Source: Candidatus Adlerbacteria bacterium | GTDB taxonomy: Bacteria > Patescibacteriota > Minisyncoccia > Phycocordibacterales > SBAW01 | NCBI GenBank assembly: GCA_003135635.1 | Contig: PLCJ01000002.1 | Coordinates: 44,898 to 108,897, forward strand | Direction: 5' to 3' | Length of the DNA: 64,000 nucleotides | Made by a program: the position numbers and the translations under genes | In this document: positions 10,645 to 18,945 of the stretch, one piece after another | Layout of the letters: each line of letters starts with the position of its first letter | Numbering within the stretch: the first letter of the stretch is position 1 | The notes under the pieces: generated by a model | What the model saw: only the letters and a program-made list of their open reading frames with translations | What the model was told of the DNA's origin: nothing | Databases searched by the model: none

Positions 10645-10718
10645 GCGGGATTAGTTTAGTGGCAGGACGACTGCTTCCCAAGCAGTAGGCGCGAGTTCGA
10701 TTCTCGCATCCCGCACCA
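10645..10718 (+). tRNA. tRNA-Gly(CCC), tentative identity
   Basis: Acceptor GCGGGAT/ATCCCGC, encoded CCA. The anticodon helix is 6 bp, so the loop can be read as TTCCCAA (CCC, with U33) or TCCCAAG (CCA, with C33). The CCC reading is preferred. Discriminator A. Confidence 0.6.
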
Positions 10719-10775
10719 CTATTACTGGAGAAAAACACATGATATACTCTTGAGATAATAAATAATTCTGGAAAT

Positions 10776-11018
10776 ATGCAAAAAAAGGTAACCATATATT
10801 CAACCCCGACCTGCCATTTCTGCCAAATGGCGAAAGAGTTTTTCGCTGAAAAAAATATTGAATACATCGCCTATGATGTAGCAAGTGATGCTGGCAAACG
10901 GGAAGAAATGATCACTATGACTAAGCAGCTGGGGGTGCCGGTCATCGTTATAGATGGTGAGGTCACGGTCGGGTTTGACCGTCAAAAACTTGCTGCTAAG
11001 CTTGGGATAGAAGCATAA
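10776..11018 (+). CDS. glutaredoxin-like small redox protein
   Basis: 80 aa. CxxC motif TCHFC, followed by a thioredoxin-fold GVP/VIVIDG region. Confidence 0.7.
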   Translation: MQKKVTIYSTPTCHFCQMAKEFFAEKNIEYIAYDVASDAGKREEMITMTKQLGVPVIVIDGEVTVGFDRQKLAAKLGIEA

Positions 11019-11079
11019 CTGGTATTTTAAAAGCTTTAGCGCATAATCAAAACTGGCTTAAAAGTCGGTTTTATTATTT

Positions 11080-11151
11080 GCCCTCGTAGTTCAATGGATA
11101 GAACAGTCCCGTCCTAAGGGGTTGATGTGGGTTCGATTCCTGCCGAGGGCA
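11080..11151 (+). tRNA. tRNA-Arg(CCT), anticodon assignment tentative
   Basis: Acceptor GCCCTCG/CGAGGGC is perfect; D-arm GTTC..GAAC; T-loop TTCGATT. The anticodon stem GTCCC/GGGGT includes wobble pairs; the loop GTCCTAA gives CCT. Confidence 0.6.
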
Positions 11152-11194
11152 CCCCTGATATATCCTTGTATGTCTTTCTGATATAGTATATGCC

Positions 11195-11521
11195 GTGGAT
11201 CCTGAGATAGAGGAATTAAAAGATATGGTGCACCGGAGTCTCGCTCTTGCCGAAGATACTAACCGAGTAGTTCACGGTATGCGATCAATCATGGCCTGGG
11301 GAAGATTCTTTAGACTCCTGTGGTGGGTAGTGGTTATCCTGGGAGCCATTGCGCTATATCATTACTATCTTCAGCCGTACATAAAAAATCTGGAACAACT
11401 CTATCAGCATACGCAATCGCAGACACTGCAAGTGCAAAACTTTGGCACGCAGTTGTCAGATTTTATAAAAAACCACTTTATCCCTCAGACGCCTACTTCA
11501 TCACAAGTGGGATCGCAATAA
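11195..11521 (+). CDS. hypothetical small membrane protein
   Basis: 108-aa ORF with one central TM helix, lying between two tRNA genes. Confidence 0.4.
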   Translation: MDPEIEELKDMVHRSLALAEDTNRVVHGMRSIMAWGRFFRLLWWVVVILGAIALYHYYLQPYIKNLEQLYQHTQSQTLQVQNFGTQLSDFIKNHFIPQTPTSSQVGSQ

Positions 11522-11523
11522 TC

Positions 11524-11599
11524 GCTTGGGTAGCTCAGTTGGTAGAGCATCTCCCTGAAGAGGAGGGGGTCGCCGGTTCGAGCCCGGCCCCAAGCACCA
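11524..11599 (+). tRNA. tRNA-Phe(GAA)
   Basis: Acceptor GCTTGGG/CCCAAGC, anticodon loop CTGAAGA, T-loop TTCGAGC, encoded CCA. Confidence 0.9.
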
Positions 11600-11622
11600 A
11601 AAAAATCATTGGGCAGAGAATA

Positions 11623-12108
11623 TTAATTTGATTTTACCTTCAGTTTTGCCTGACGACCTTTATCAAGTTTCGGAAGTCGAATGACTAAGAGGCCATGTTT
11701 TTCGCTTGCCTCTGCTTCCTCTATTTCTACCTCTTGCGGTAGGGTGATACTGCGAGCAAATGAGCCCCAGTAGAGTTCCTGAAAGAAAAAATCACCCGCA
11801 GTGCCCTCAAGGTGTCTTTCCCGCTTGCCGCGAATCGTTACCATGTCGCGAGTGATAGAAATATCCAAATCTTCTGGTCGGACTCCCGCGATCATCGCTT
11901 TAATGATGATGTGGGTAGGGGTTTGATACACATCAAGCGCAAGCTCCCCCTCGGCTTCCGTCTCCGCTTCACTTGCCGCAATGGCGCGCTCCGATCGGGT
12001 GCGGGAAAGGCTCGAACCTCCACTTTCAAGGTCATCAAAAGAATAATCGCCTTCTGGACCACTACTGCCGGTTAACCAGTCAAAGAGTGTTTTCTTTTCT
12101 CGCGCCAT
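11623..12108 (-). CDS. Hsp20/alpha-crystallin small heat-shock protein
   Basis: Alpha-crystallin domain pattern (DVYQT..., GLLVIRLPK). Confidence 0.8.
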   Translation of the reverse strand: MAREKKTLFDWLTGSSGPEGDYSFDDLESGGSSLSRTRSERAIAASEAETEAEGELALDVYQTPTHIIIKAMIAGVRPEDLDISITRDMVTIRGKRERHLEGTAGDFFFQELYWGSFARSITLPQEVEIEEAEASEKHGLLVIRLPKLDKGRQAKLKVKSN

Positions 12109-12123
12109 GGTTATATCTCTTGT

Positions 12124-12813
12124 TTAACAATAATCTCGCTGTGGTATTTTTACTCGCTCAAGCAGTAGCAGCAAAGCGATGATGCCGATCCAGATGAAAA
12201 GGAAGACCAACAATATTCCTCCACCACTCTCACTGAGTATAAAAAAATTAAAAAGAGCATGCAATGCAATGGCAAGGATAACTCCACCCAGTGCCACACG
12301 TATGCGCACGGAAGCTGGCTGGTTGTATGCCAGCGCGATTGTGATGCCGATCGTTGCTGAGGCAAGCGTATGGAGGAGTGTTGCACCAATAAAGCGCATA
12401 TCGCCAGTCAAGAGTGTGTGGATGAAATCGCCCTGCACAATCGAGGGCACCAAAAAAAGTGCATTTTCCACCATTGAGAATCCAAGTGCTGCGGTAACGA
12501 GGTATATGACTGCGTCAATAGGTTCATTAAAGACACCCCACCGCAGTGCAACAAAGTACGCCGCACCAAACTTCAATATCTCTTCTGTAGCTGCCCAGGC
12601 GGCATATAGGAGGATACCGCTCAGAAATCGTTGCGCGTACTGCTCTATGGGGAGCGCCAGAACAACCATCGCCATACCGGCCAGAAAGCAGAAAAAGATA
12701 TATTGTTTGGGCTCCGGTTCACAGCGATCTTCAAGAAGCCAAAAAGAGAGCCAGAGTATAGCGGGTAAGACCGCTCCAAGAAATGCCAAAAAAAACACCA
12801 GCGAAAGAGCCAT
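12124..12813 (-). CDS. PrsW-family intramembrane protease
   Basis: Polytopic membrane protein with EExxK (TEEILKF), FxxxEN (FSMVENALF) and a downstream conserved His region. Confidence 0.65.
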   Translation of the reverse strand: MALSLVFFLAFLGAVLPAILWLSFWLLEDRCEPEPKQYIFFCFLAGMAMVVLALPIEQYAQRFLSGILLYAAWAATEEILKFGAAYFVALRWGVFNEPIDAVIYLVTAALGFSMVENALFLVPSIVQGDFIHTLLTGDMRFIGATLLHTLASATIGITIALAYNQPASVRIRVALGGVILAIALHALFNFFILSESGGGILLVFLFIWIGIIALLLLLERVKIPQRDYC

Positions 12814-12833
12814 GCATTAAGTATAGCGTTGTT

Positions 12834-15020
12834 TTAAAAATCGTTTGGCCATTTCTCAACCATGAGTAAACTCTTTGCGGTCGGCATGCTCGTCCAGATT
12901 TCTTCAGTTATAAAGGGCATGAAAGGATGGAGGAGTTTGAGAAAATCACTAAACACCGTCATGACGAGGCGTTTCCGAGAAGCAATATCCTCAGGAGTTC
13001 CAATTTTGAAAATCGTCTTACTTTCTTCAAGAATCGCACTGGCAAACACATCCCATATATAGTGGTATAGCTTTTCTGCCGCAAGATGCAAACGATAATT
13101 TTCCATGTCATCAGCGACATCTCCCGCAAGAGCAATAAATTGAGTAACATACTGCTGATCACTCTGCGTGAATACGGCAGCGCCACCATCTGGGGTGTGC
13201 TGAAGTACAAACCGTCCAACGTTCCAGAGCTTGTTGGCGAAATGTTTGTACGCTTTTATTTTCTCCTCCGCTAATTTTAAATCATTTCCTGGGCCGTTAC
13301 CGACAATAAGCGCCATACGCAGGGCATCGGTGCCGTATTTTTCTGTCATTTCCAGCGGATCCCCGGCATTGTTGAGCGATTTGGAAAGTTTTTTACCTTG
13401 CTCATTGCGCACGATTCCGTGAAGATAAACCGTTTTAAATGGTACTTCTCCCATATGAAAAACACTCATGAGTATCATACGCGCTACCCAGAAAAAGAGA
13501 ATGTCGTATCCTGTTTCAAGAAGGGTAGTCGGATGATAGGTTTTGAGGTCTTTCGTCTCCTCGGGCCACCCAAGCGTTGAGAAGGTCCACAATGCAGAGG
13601 AAAACCAAGTATCAAGCGTATCCTCGTCTTGTCTCCAGCCTTCCCCCGCGGGAGCAGTAACTCCAACCGATATTTCATCACCCCGATACCATACCGGGAT
13701 GCGGTGGCCGTAGAGAATCTGCCGACTGATGCACCAGGGCTTAAAATTTTCTATCCAATGGAAATAATGTTTCTCAAACTGAGGGGGCAATATTTTTATT
13801 TCTCCACTTTGCACGACGTGGAGCATCGCATCTTTCAGTGATGTTTCTTCTCCGCTTTTGATTCCTTTAATTTTTGAATGGGTGAGAGAAAATTTTTTGT
13901 TGACATCAATGAACCACTGAAGTTTTATTTGCGGTTCGATCAATTCTCCGCCGCGGCTGTTGATTGCAATGTTGTGCACATATGCTTCATCGGTTTTCAC
14001 TAGTAGTCCTTTCTTTTGCAATTTCTCTACGATCAGCGGCCGCGCTTTTTTAATGTGTACTCCGGCAAATTCTCCTGCAATAGGGAGTAATTTTCCGTTG
14101 AAATCGATAACTTGCTCGATGTCCAATCCGTGCCGCTTTGCAATATCAAAATCTATAGCACTATGGGCAGGCGTGATGGTCATAACGCCAGAGCCAAATG
14201 ACATGTCAATGATGGGATCTTTGATAACCGTTGCTACAAGGGGTCCGTTGATCCATTCCAAATTAATTTTTTGTCCCTGTGTGTACTCCTTGTACCGTTT
14301 ATCCTCTGGATGCATCACTACGTACTTGTCTCCGAATTTTGTCTCCGGTCGCGCGGTGCCGATGACAAAAGGACCGTATTGGAAATAGTAAAAAGGATCA
14401 TTTTGTTCTTTGTGCTCTATCTCATCATCTGAGATGGTCGTTTGTAATTTTGGATCCCAATTAACGATCCGCTCACCGCGAAAGATAAGCCCAGCATTAT
14501 ACATACGGGTGAAGGCCGTTCGTACGCCTATTTCGCGTTTTTCATCAAGCGTGAAGGCTTCACGACTCCAATCAAGCGAGCACCCCATGGCAATGATCTG
14601 TTCTTTGATTCGTCCTTTGTTCTTGAGCACGAATTCATGAACTATGTTCACAAATTCTTCCCGACTAAAATCATGACGGGTCTTTTTTTCTTTATATAAC
14701 TCCTTTTCAACCTTTGACTGAGTTGCAATGGCGGCGTGATCCGTTCCCGGGATCCAGAGCGTTCGAAACCCCTGCATACGTTTGTAACGGGTGACGATAT
14801 CTTCGATACAAAGCATCAAGGCCGAACCAATATGGAGTTCCCCAGTAGCATTCGGAGGTGGCAGGACCATGGAAAACACAGGCGCATCAGGGGCCGTCAC
14901 CCCTTCTTTGATGCAGACATCTGGATTAAAATAGCCGCTTTCCTCCCAGCGCTTATAGATATTCTTTTCAACTTCTTTTGAGTTGTATGGCTTGAGAAAT
15001 TTCTCAGGCATGAGGCCCAT
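12834..15020 (-). CDS. valS: valine--tRNA ligase
   Basis: Class I HIGH region PPPNATGELHIGSAL, GTDHAAIATQ and a KMSKS-type KLSKS motif. 728 aa, shorter than typical ValRS. Confidence 0.9.
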   Translation of the reverse strand: MGLMPEKFLKPYNSKEVEKNIYKRWEESGYFNPDVCIKEGVTAPDAPVFSMVLPPPNATGELHIGSALMLCIEDIVTRYKRMQGFRTLWIPGTDHAAIATQSKVEKELYKEKKTRHDFSREEFVNIVHEFVLKNKGRIKEQIIAMGCSLDWSREAFTLDEKREIGVRTAFTRMYNAGLIFRGERIVNWDPKLQTTISDDEIEHKEQNDPFYYFQYGPFVIGTARPETKFGDKYVVMHPEDKRYKEYTQGQKINLEWINGPLVATVIKDPIIDMSFGSGVMTITPAHSAIDFDIAKRHGLDIEQVIDFNGKLLPIAGEFAGVHIKKARPLIVEKLQKKGLLVKTDEAYVHNIAINSRGGELIEPQIKLQWFIDVNKKFSLTHSKIKGIKSGEETSLKDAMLHVVQSGEIKILPPQFEKHYFHWIENFKPWCISRQILYGHRIPVWYRGDEISVGVTAPAGEGWRQDEDTLDTWFSSALWTFSTLGWPEETKDLKTYHPTTLLETGYDILFFWVARMILMSVFHMGEVPFKTVYLHGIVRNEQGKKLSKSLNNAGDPLEMTEKYGTDALRMALIVGNGPGNDLKLAEEKIKAYKHFANKLWNVGRFVLQHTPDGGAAVFTQSDQQYVTQFIALAGDVADDMENYRLHLAAEKLYHYIWDVFASAILEESKTIFKIGTPEDIASRKRLVMTVFSDFLKLLHPFMPFITEEIWTSMPTAKSLLMVEKWPNDF

Positions 15021-15026
15021 AATACG

Positions 15027-16109
15027 TTATTTTGCTGAGGTAATCGAGAGACTACCCATAGCGACAATCTCCGCCGGGGGCTTGCTAAGGAACCAATCGT
15101 CCGCAAGAAGATGCATGAGTGCAGCCTGTGCGATCATGAGAGCGTTATCTCCTGTAATTGAGAGCTCCGGGAGGCGCAGTTCAACATCCGGAAATTCATT
15201 GGAGATGAGCATCTCAAGGGCATGTCGAATGTGCGTGTTTGCTGCCACACCCCCGCCGATAACAAATGTCTTTGCAGCACTTTGGATAAGCGCCCGCCGT
15301 GTTTTTGCAACAAATACGTCTGCAGCAGCATCTTCAAACTCACGAGCCCATGCTGCGCGCTCGCTTTCACTCATGATTTCTATGCCGCCTCTATCTCTAA
15401 GCGTATAGAGCATCGCGGTTTTGAGTCCCGAGAAGGAAAGATCGCAATTTCCACTTTTAAGCATCGGTCGGGGAAGTCTTTTTTCTGCTTGAATATTTTT
15501 ATTGCGCGCATCCATCGCCAGGCGAGAAATATGAGGTCCACCGGGGTAGGGAAGTCCGAGCATCCTGGCCACTTTGTCAAATGCTTCTCCCACCGCGTCG
15601 TCTAGTGTCTCACCCAGCATTTCGTAGGAAAACCACTTCCGCATGAGTATAAATTCGCTGTGGCCCCCGGAGATAAGAAGTCCAAGCACGGGAAAGCGTA
15701 TGGCCACTAATTCATTAGTGCGCACCAAAGAAGAAATTAGGTGCCCTTCCATATGATTAACACCAAAGAGAGGCTTGTGCCAAGCGTGCGCTAAGCGTTG
15801 CGCAAACACAATACCGCTCCACAGTGCCGGCTCAAGCCCCGGGCCATGGGTCACCACGATAGCTTCGATAGTTTTCTCGTCAGTAAGCTCTGCGTCGGTG
15901 AGGGCTTTTTTGAGCAGAATCGGCAAGTTTTTTTCATGCTCGCGCTTGGCGAGTGTGGGATATACACCACCAAACTCAGCATGCAGTTGTGCTTGCGAGA
16001 GAAGAGCGTTGCTGAGTATCGCAAAACGCACGAGGTCTCTTTTTTGCGTGGCATCAACAATGGCAATGCCCGTCTCGTCGCACGATGTTTCAATAGCAAG
16101 TATGCGCAT
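15027..16109 (-). CDS. tsaD: tRNA N6-adenosine threonylcarbamoyltransferase TsaD
   Basis: MRILAIETSCDETG N-terminus and ASKH-fold motifs. Start trimmed from the ORF-track start (16166), which runs through the tRNA-Val gene. Confidence 0.9.
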   Translation of the reverse strand: MRILAIETSCDETGIAIVDATQKRDLVRFAILSNALLSQAQLHAEFGGVYPTLAKREHEKNLPILLKKALTDAELTDEKTIEAIVVTHGPGLEPALWSGIVFAQRLAHAWHKPLFGVNHMEGHLISSLVRTNELVAIRFPVLGLLISGGHSEFILMRKWFSYEMLGETLDDAVGEAFDKVARMLGLPYPGGPHISRLAMDARNKNIQAEKRLPRPMLKSGNCDLSFSGLKTAMLYTLRDRGGIEIMSESERAAWAREFEDAAADVFVAKTRRALIQSAAKTFVIGGGVAANTHIRHALEMLISNEFPDVELRLPELSITGDNALMIAQAALMHLLADDWFLSKPPAEIVAMGSLSITSAK

Positions 16110-16121
16110 ATTACGTAGCAA

Positions 16122-16197
16122 TGGTGCACGCTGAGGGACTTGAACCCCCGACCCTCCCCACGTCAAGGGGATGCTCTACCAACTGAGCTAAGCGTGC
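16122..16197 (-). tRNA. tRNA-Val(GAC)
   Basis: Read on the reverse complement: acceptor GCACGCT/AGCGTGC, anticodon loop TTGACGT, T-loop TTCAAGT, encoded CCA. Confidence 0.85.
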
Positions 16198-16353
16198 CTA
16201 TGGCTCGTGTCACTCTACCGATTTTCTTTTTGAAATTCAAGATCGGCAACACATAGGGGAGTATACGATATAATACGCAGACATGTTCTCTGCCCCTACT
16301 CTTTTTGTTTGTTATGTTAAAAAGCGATACTTAGCAGGTTATTTTTTTATTGC

Positions 16354-17289
16354 ATGAACGCAGCTACACCTATCACCATTTTTGGCCTTGGAAAAATGGG
16401 CAGTCAGATTGCTAGGCGGCTCAGCAAAAAAAATTTTATTGTATATGCATGGAACCGTTCCCCCCAACCGATACAAAATATTAAAGCAGCAGGTTTGTTT
16501 GCAACTACTGATATACAAGAAGTAATTGGTAAGTCAAAACACTCCCCACGGGTGTTTTGGATTATGCTGCCACAAGGGGTGGTTGATTATTTTCTTTTTG
16601 GCAAGGAACATCTTGGTCCCTATCTTAGGGAGGGCGATATTGTTATTGATGGTGGCAACTCATTCTACAAAGACAGCATATCTCGCGCAGCACGCTTAGA
16701 AGCGAAAGGGGTACATTTTTTTGATTGTGGCACAAGCGGCGGCGTTTGGGGCGAAGAGAATGGCTTTGCATTGATGATTGGAGGTCACAAGGAAACGTGG
16801 TCAATTATCGAACCCTTCATGAAAGCGCTTTCAGCAGGAGATAACTATGCGTATCTTGGAAAAGCGGGTGCCGGTCATTTTACAAAAATGGTTCACAATG
16901 GCATTGAATACGGCATGATGGAAGCGATTGGTGAAGGATATGCGGTACTTGAAGCGAGCGATTTCGATCTCAACCTCAAAGATGTTACCGGGGTCTATCA
17001 GCAAGGCTCGGTTATACGCAGTTGGCTTATTGATCTGTGCCGAAATATCTTTGAGGAAGAGGATATTGCTGACACCGTGGGAAAGATTGATGCTACTGGG
17101 GAAGGGGAATGGACAGTCCTAGCGGGCAAAGAACTTGGGGTTGATGTACGAGTAATCGAGGATGCACTTGCTGTAAGAAAAGAGTCTTCAGATCCGAAAA
17201 ACCAGCGCAAATTCTCCAATAAGATTGTTGCCTTATTACGTAAACAGTTTGGTGGTCACGCTGTCCATGGGAAAGGTGAAGAAAAATAA
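16354..17289 (+). CDS. gnd: 6-phosphogluconate dehydrogenase, short NAD(P)-binding form (decarboxylating)
   Basis: Rossmann GLGKMGSQIA at the N-terminus and the 6PGDH C-terminal domain. About 300-aa YqeC/GndA-like length. Confidence 0.8.
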   Translation: MNAATPITIFGLGKMGSQIARRLSKKNFIVYAWNRSPQPIQNIKAAGLFATTDIQEVIGKSKHSPRVFWIMLPQGVVDYFLFGKEHLGPYLREGDIVIDGGNSFYKDSISRAARLEAKGVHFFDCGTSGGVWGEENGFALMIGGHKETWSIIEPFMKALSAGDNYAYLGKAGAGHFTKMVHNGIEYGMMEAIGEGYAVLEASDFDLNLKDVTGVYQQGSVIRSWLIDLCRNIFEEEDIADTVGKIDATGEGEWTVLAGKELGVDVRVIEDALAVRKESSDPKNQRKFSNKIVALLRKQFGGHAVHGKGEEK

Positions 17290-17294
17290 GAGTC

Positions 17295-17966
17295 ATGGAT
17301 TTTTTTAAAGCAGAAAATCCAGATGGATGTGCTAAGGTACTTGCAGAGAAAATAGATGGGTCTTTGAAACAAGGAGAAAAAGTTTTGTGGCTCCTCTCTG
17401 GAGGCTCAAATATTCCGATTTCTGTTGTGGCGATGAACATCCTTAGAACCAGAAATACCGATGGTGTACTTAGTAATCTTGCCGTCACTCTCACTGATGA
17501 ACGATATGGCCCGGTGGGACACAAGGATTCAAATTGGCAACAGCTTGTCGATGCAGGTTTTATTTTTACAAAAACCAAACTACTACCAGTACTTAAAAAT
17601 CTTTCGCTTGAGAAAACAGTGATGGACTATGACAATGGAATCACTGATCTTTTTCAGTGGGCGGACAAAAGTATTGGTCAATTCGGCATCGGTAACGACG
17701 GACATATCGCCGGGGTCCTTCCCCACACAAGTGGGGTTTTTGATCCGGGTGTCGCAGTCTCATATGAAGCACCTCCTTTCACACGCATTACCCTGACTCT
17801 GAAGACAATACAAAAAATCTCGGCAGTCTATGCGTTTGTGTTTGGTCAGTCAAAAAAAGCCACTCTCTCGCATTTGCAAGGAGAGAATCTCTCTCTCAAT
17901 GAAGAACCCTCGACGGTCTTGAAGCTTCTACCGGAGGCGTATCTGTATAGCGATCAGTTAATATAA
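17295..17966 (+). CDS. pgl: 6-phosphogluconolactonase (NagB/RpiA/CoA-transferase-like family)
   Basis: 223 aa with a SOL/DevB-type fold pattern. Adjacent to gnd. Confidence 0.7.
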   Translation: MDFFKAENPDGCAKVLAEKIDGSLKQGEKVLWLLSGGSNIPISVVAMNILRTRNTDGVLSNLAVTLTDERYGPVGHKDSNWQQLVDAGFIFTKTKLLPVLKNLSLEKTVMDYDNGITDLFQWADKSIGQFGIGNDGHIAGVLPHTSGVFDPGVAVSYEAPPFTRITLTLKTIQKISAVYAFVFGQSKKATLSHLQGENLSLNEEPSTVLKLLPEAYLYSDQLI

Positions 17967-18020
17967 AGAGCTACCCATTCTATCCAAAAACATCTTGCTC
18001 ATTTGAAACTTTTTGCTCTG

Positions 18021-18107
18021 CGGAGAGGGTGGGATTTGAACCCACGATCCAGTTTCCCAGATGCCGCATTTCGAGTGCGGTGCCTTCGACCACTCAGCCA
18101 CCTCTCC
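18021..18107 (-). tRNA. tRNA-Ser(CGA)
   Basis: Read on the reverse complement: acceptor GGAGAGG/CCTCTCC, anticodon loop CTCGAAA, long variable arm, discriminator G. Confidence 0.85.
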
Positions 18108-18162
18108 AAAAACATTGGCAACAATAGCATTTTTTTTTGATCTAGAATATAGTTTTCTGTGC

Positions 18163-18234
18163 GGCCCCATCGTCTAACGGTTAGGACATCGGCTTTTCAA
18201 GCCGGTAATCCGGGTTCGATTCCCGGTGGGGTCA
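18163..18234 (+). tRNA. tRNA-Glu(TTC)
   Basis: Acceptor GGCCCCA/TGGGGTC, D-arm TCGTCTAACGGTTAGGACA (Glu-like architecture), anticodon loop TTTTCAA, T-loop TTCGATT. Confidence 0.85.
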
Positions 18235-18300
18235 TAGATTTAAAATAAGAAAATCCTGCCGACTAGCAGGATTTTCTTTGAATGTATAATTACTTGTTAA

Positions 18301-18945
18301 TTATTTAATATTGAGTCCTTGCACAATAGCCGCAATATCTGCGCGCGCCGCTTTAAGATATGTTTGCGCTGTTTGCAACTGCTTTAACGATTGCTGTCTT
18401 ACCCCAGCTGTTGAAGAAGTTGCCGTAGCATTTTTTGCTGCCGCCGACACTTGAGACGTCATATTAGAGAGCTGGCGGTTGAGATCATTAAGTTGTGCCT
18501 GTATCGTTGTAACTGAAGCACCCGCGGTTTTTGCGTTTACCATGCGTGATGTTAGCGTGGTGGAGAGCGGCACCATAAGGTTAGCAACGGCCTGGAAGCT
18601 ACTCGCAAGAGCGCTTATTTGTGATCCGGAAGGCGCACTTCCAGCAGCGGAAAGGCTCTTTGCGATATTTGTTATTTGCCCATCAATAGATGCAATGTTC
18701 GCGTCAATAAGGCTATTTGATGCTGCAGTGCTAGTATTGGCAGTAGTGCTATTTGTTGCTGCAACGCCATCGGTTACCGCTGCTGATTGCTGTGCCGGAA
18801 CACTTGCACCACCAAACACACCGCTCCACCACAACACACCGATAATAACTACTACCACCACAATTCCTAAAACCCATTTTACAGTCGCTGTCATATAAAA
18901 TATGCTATTAATAAGGGGATGAATTCCACACAAAGCATACCACAA
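18301..18945 (-). CDS. hypothetical membrane-anchored protein, Ala/Ser/Thr-rich
   Basis: One N-terminal TM helix, then a low-complexity coiled-coil-like region. The start is uncertain (an internal Met at the MTATVKW sequence). Confidence 0.45.
   Translation of the reverse strand: MWYALCGIHPLINSIFYMTATVKWVLGIVVVVVIIGVLWWSGVFGGASVPAQQSAAVTDGVAATNSTTANTSTAASNSLIDANIASIDGQITNIAKSLSAAGSAPSGSQISALASSFQAVANLMVPLSTTLTSRMVNAKTAGASVTTIQAQLNDLNRQLSNMTSQVSAAAKNATATSSTAGVRQQSLKQLQTAQTYLKAARADIAAIVQGLNIK

Noticed and set aside
11320-11631. 103-aa plus-strand ORF
   Set aside because: It runs straight through the tRNA-Phe gene (11524..11599), so it is spurious.
16110-16166. N-terminal extension of tsaD in the ORF track
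   Set aside because: The extension overlaps tRNA-Val (16122..16197). The conserved TsaD N-terminus MRILAIETSCDETG begins at 16109.
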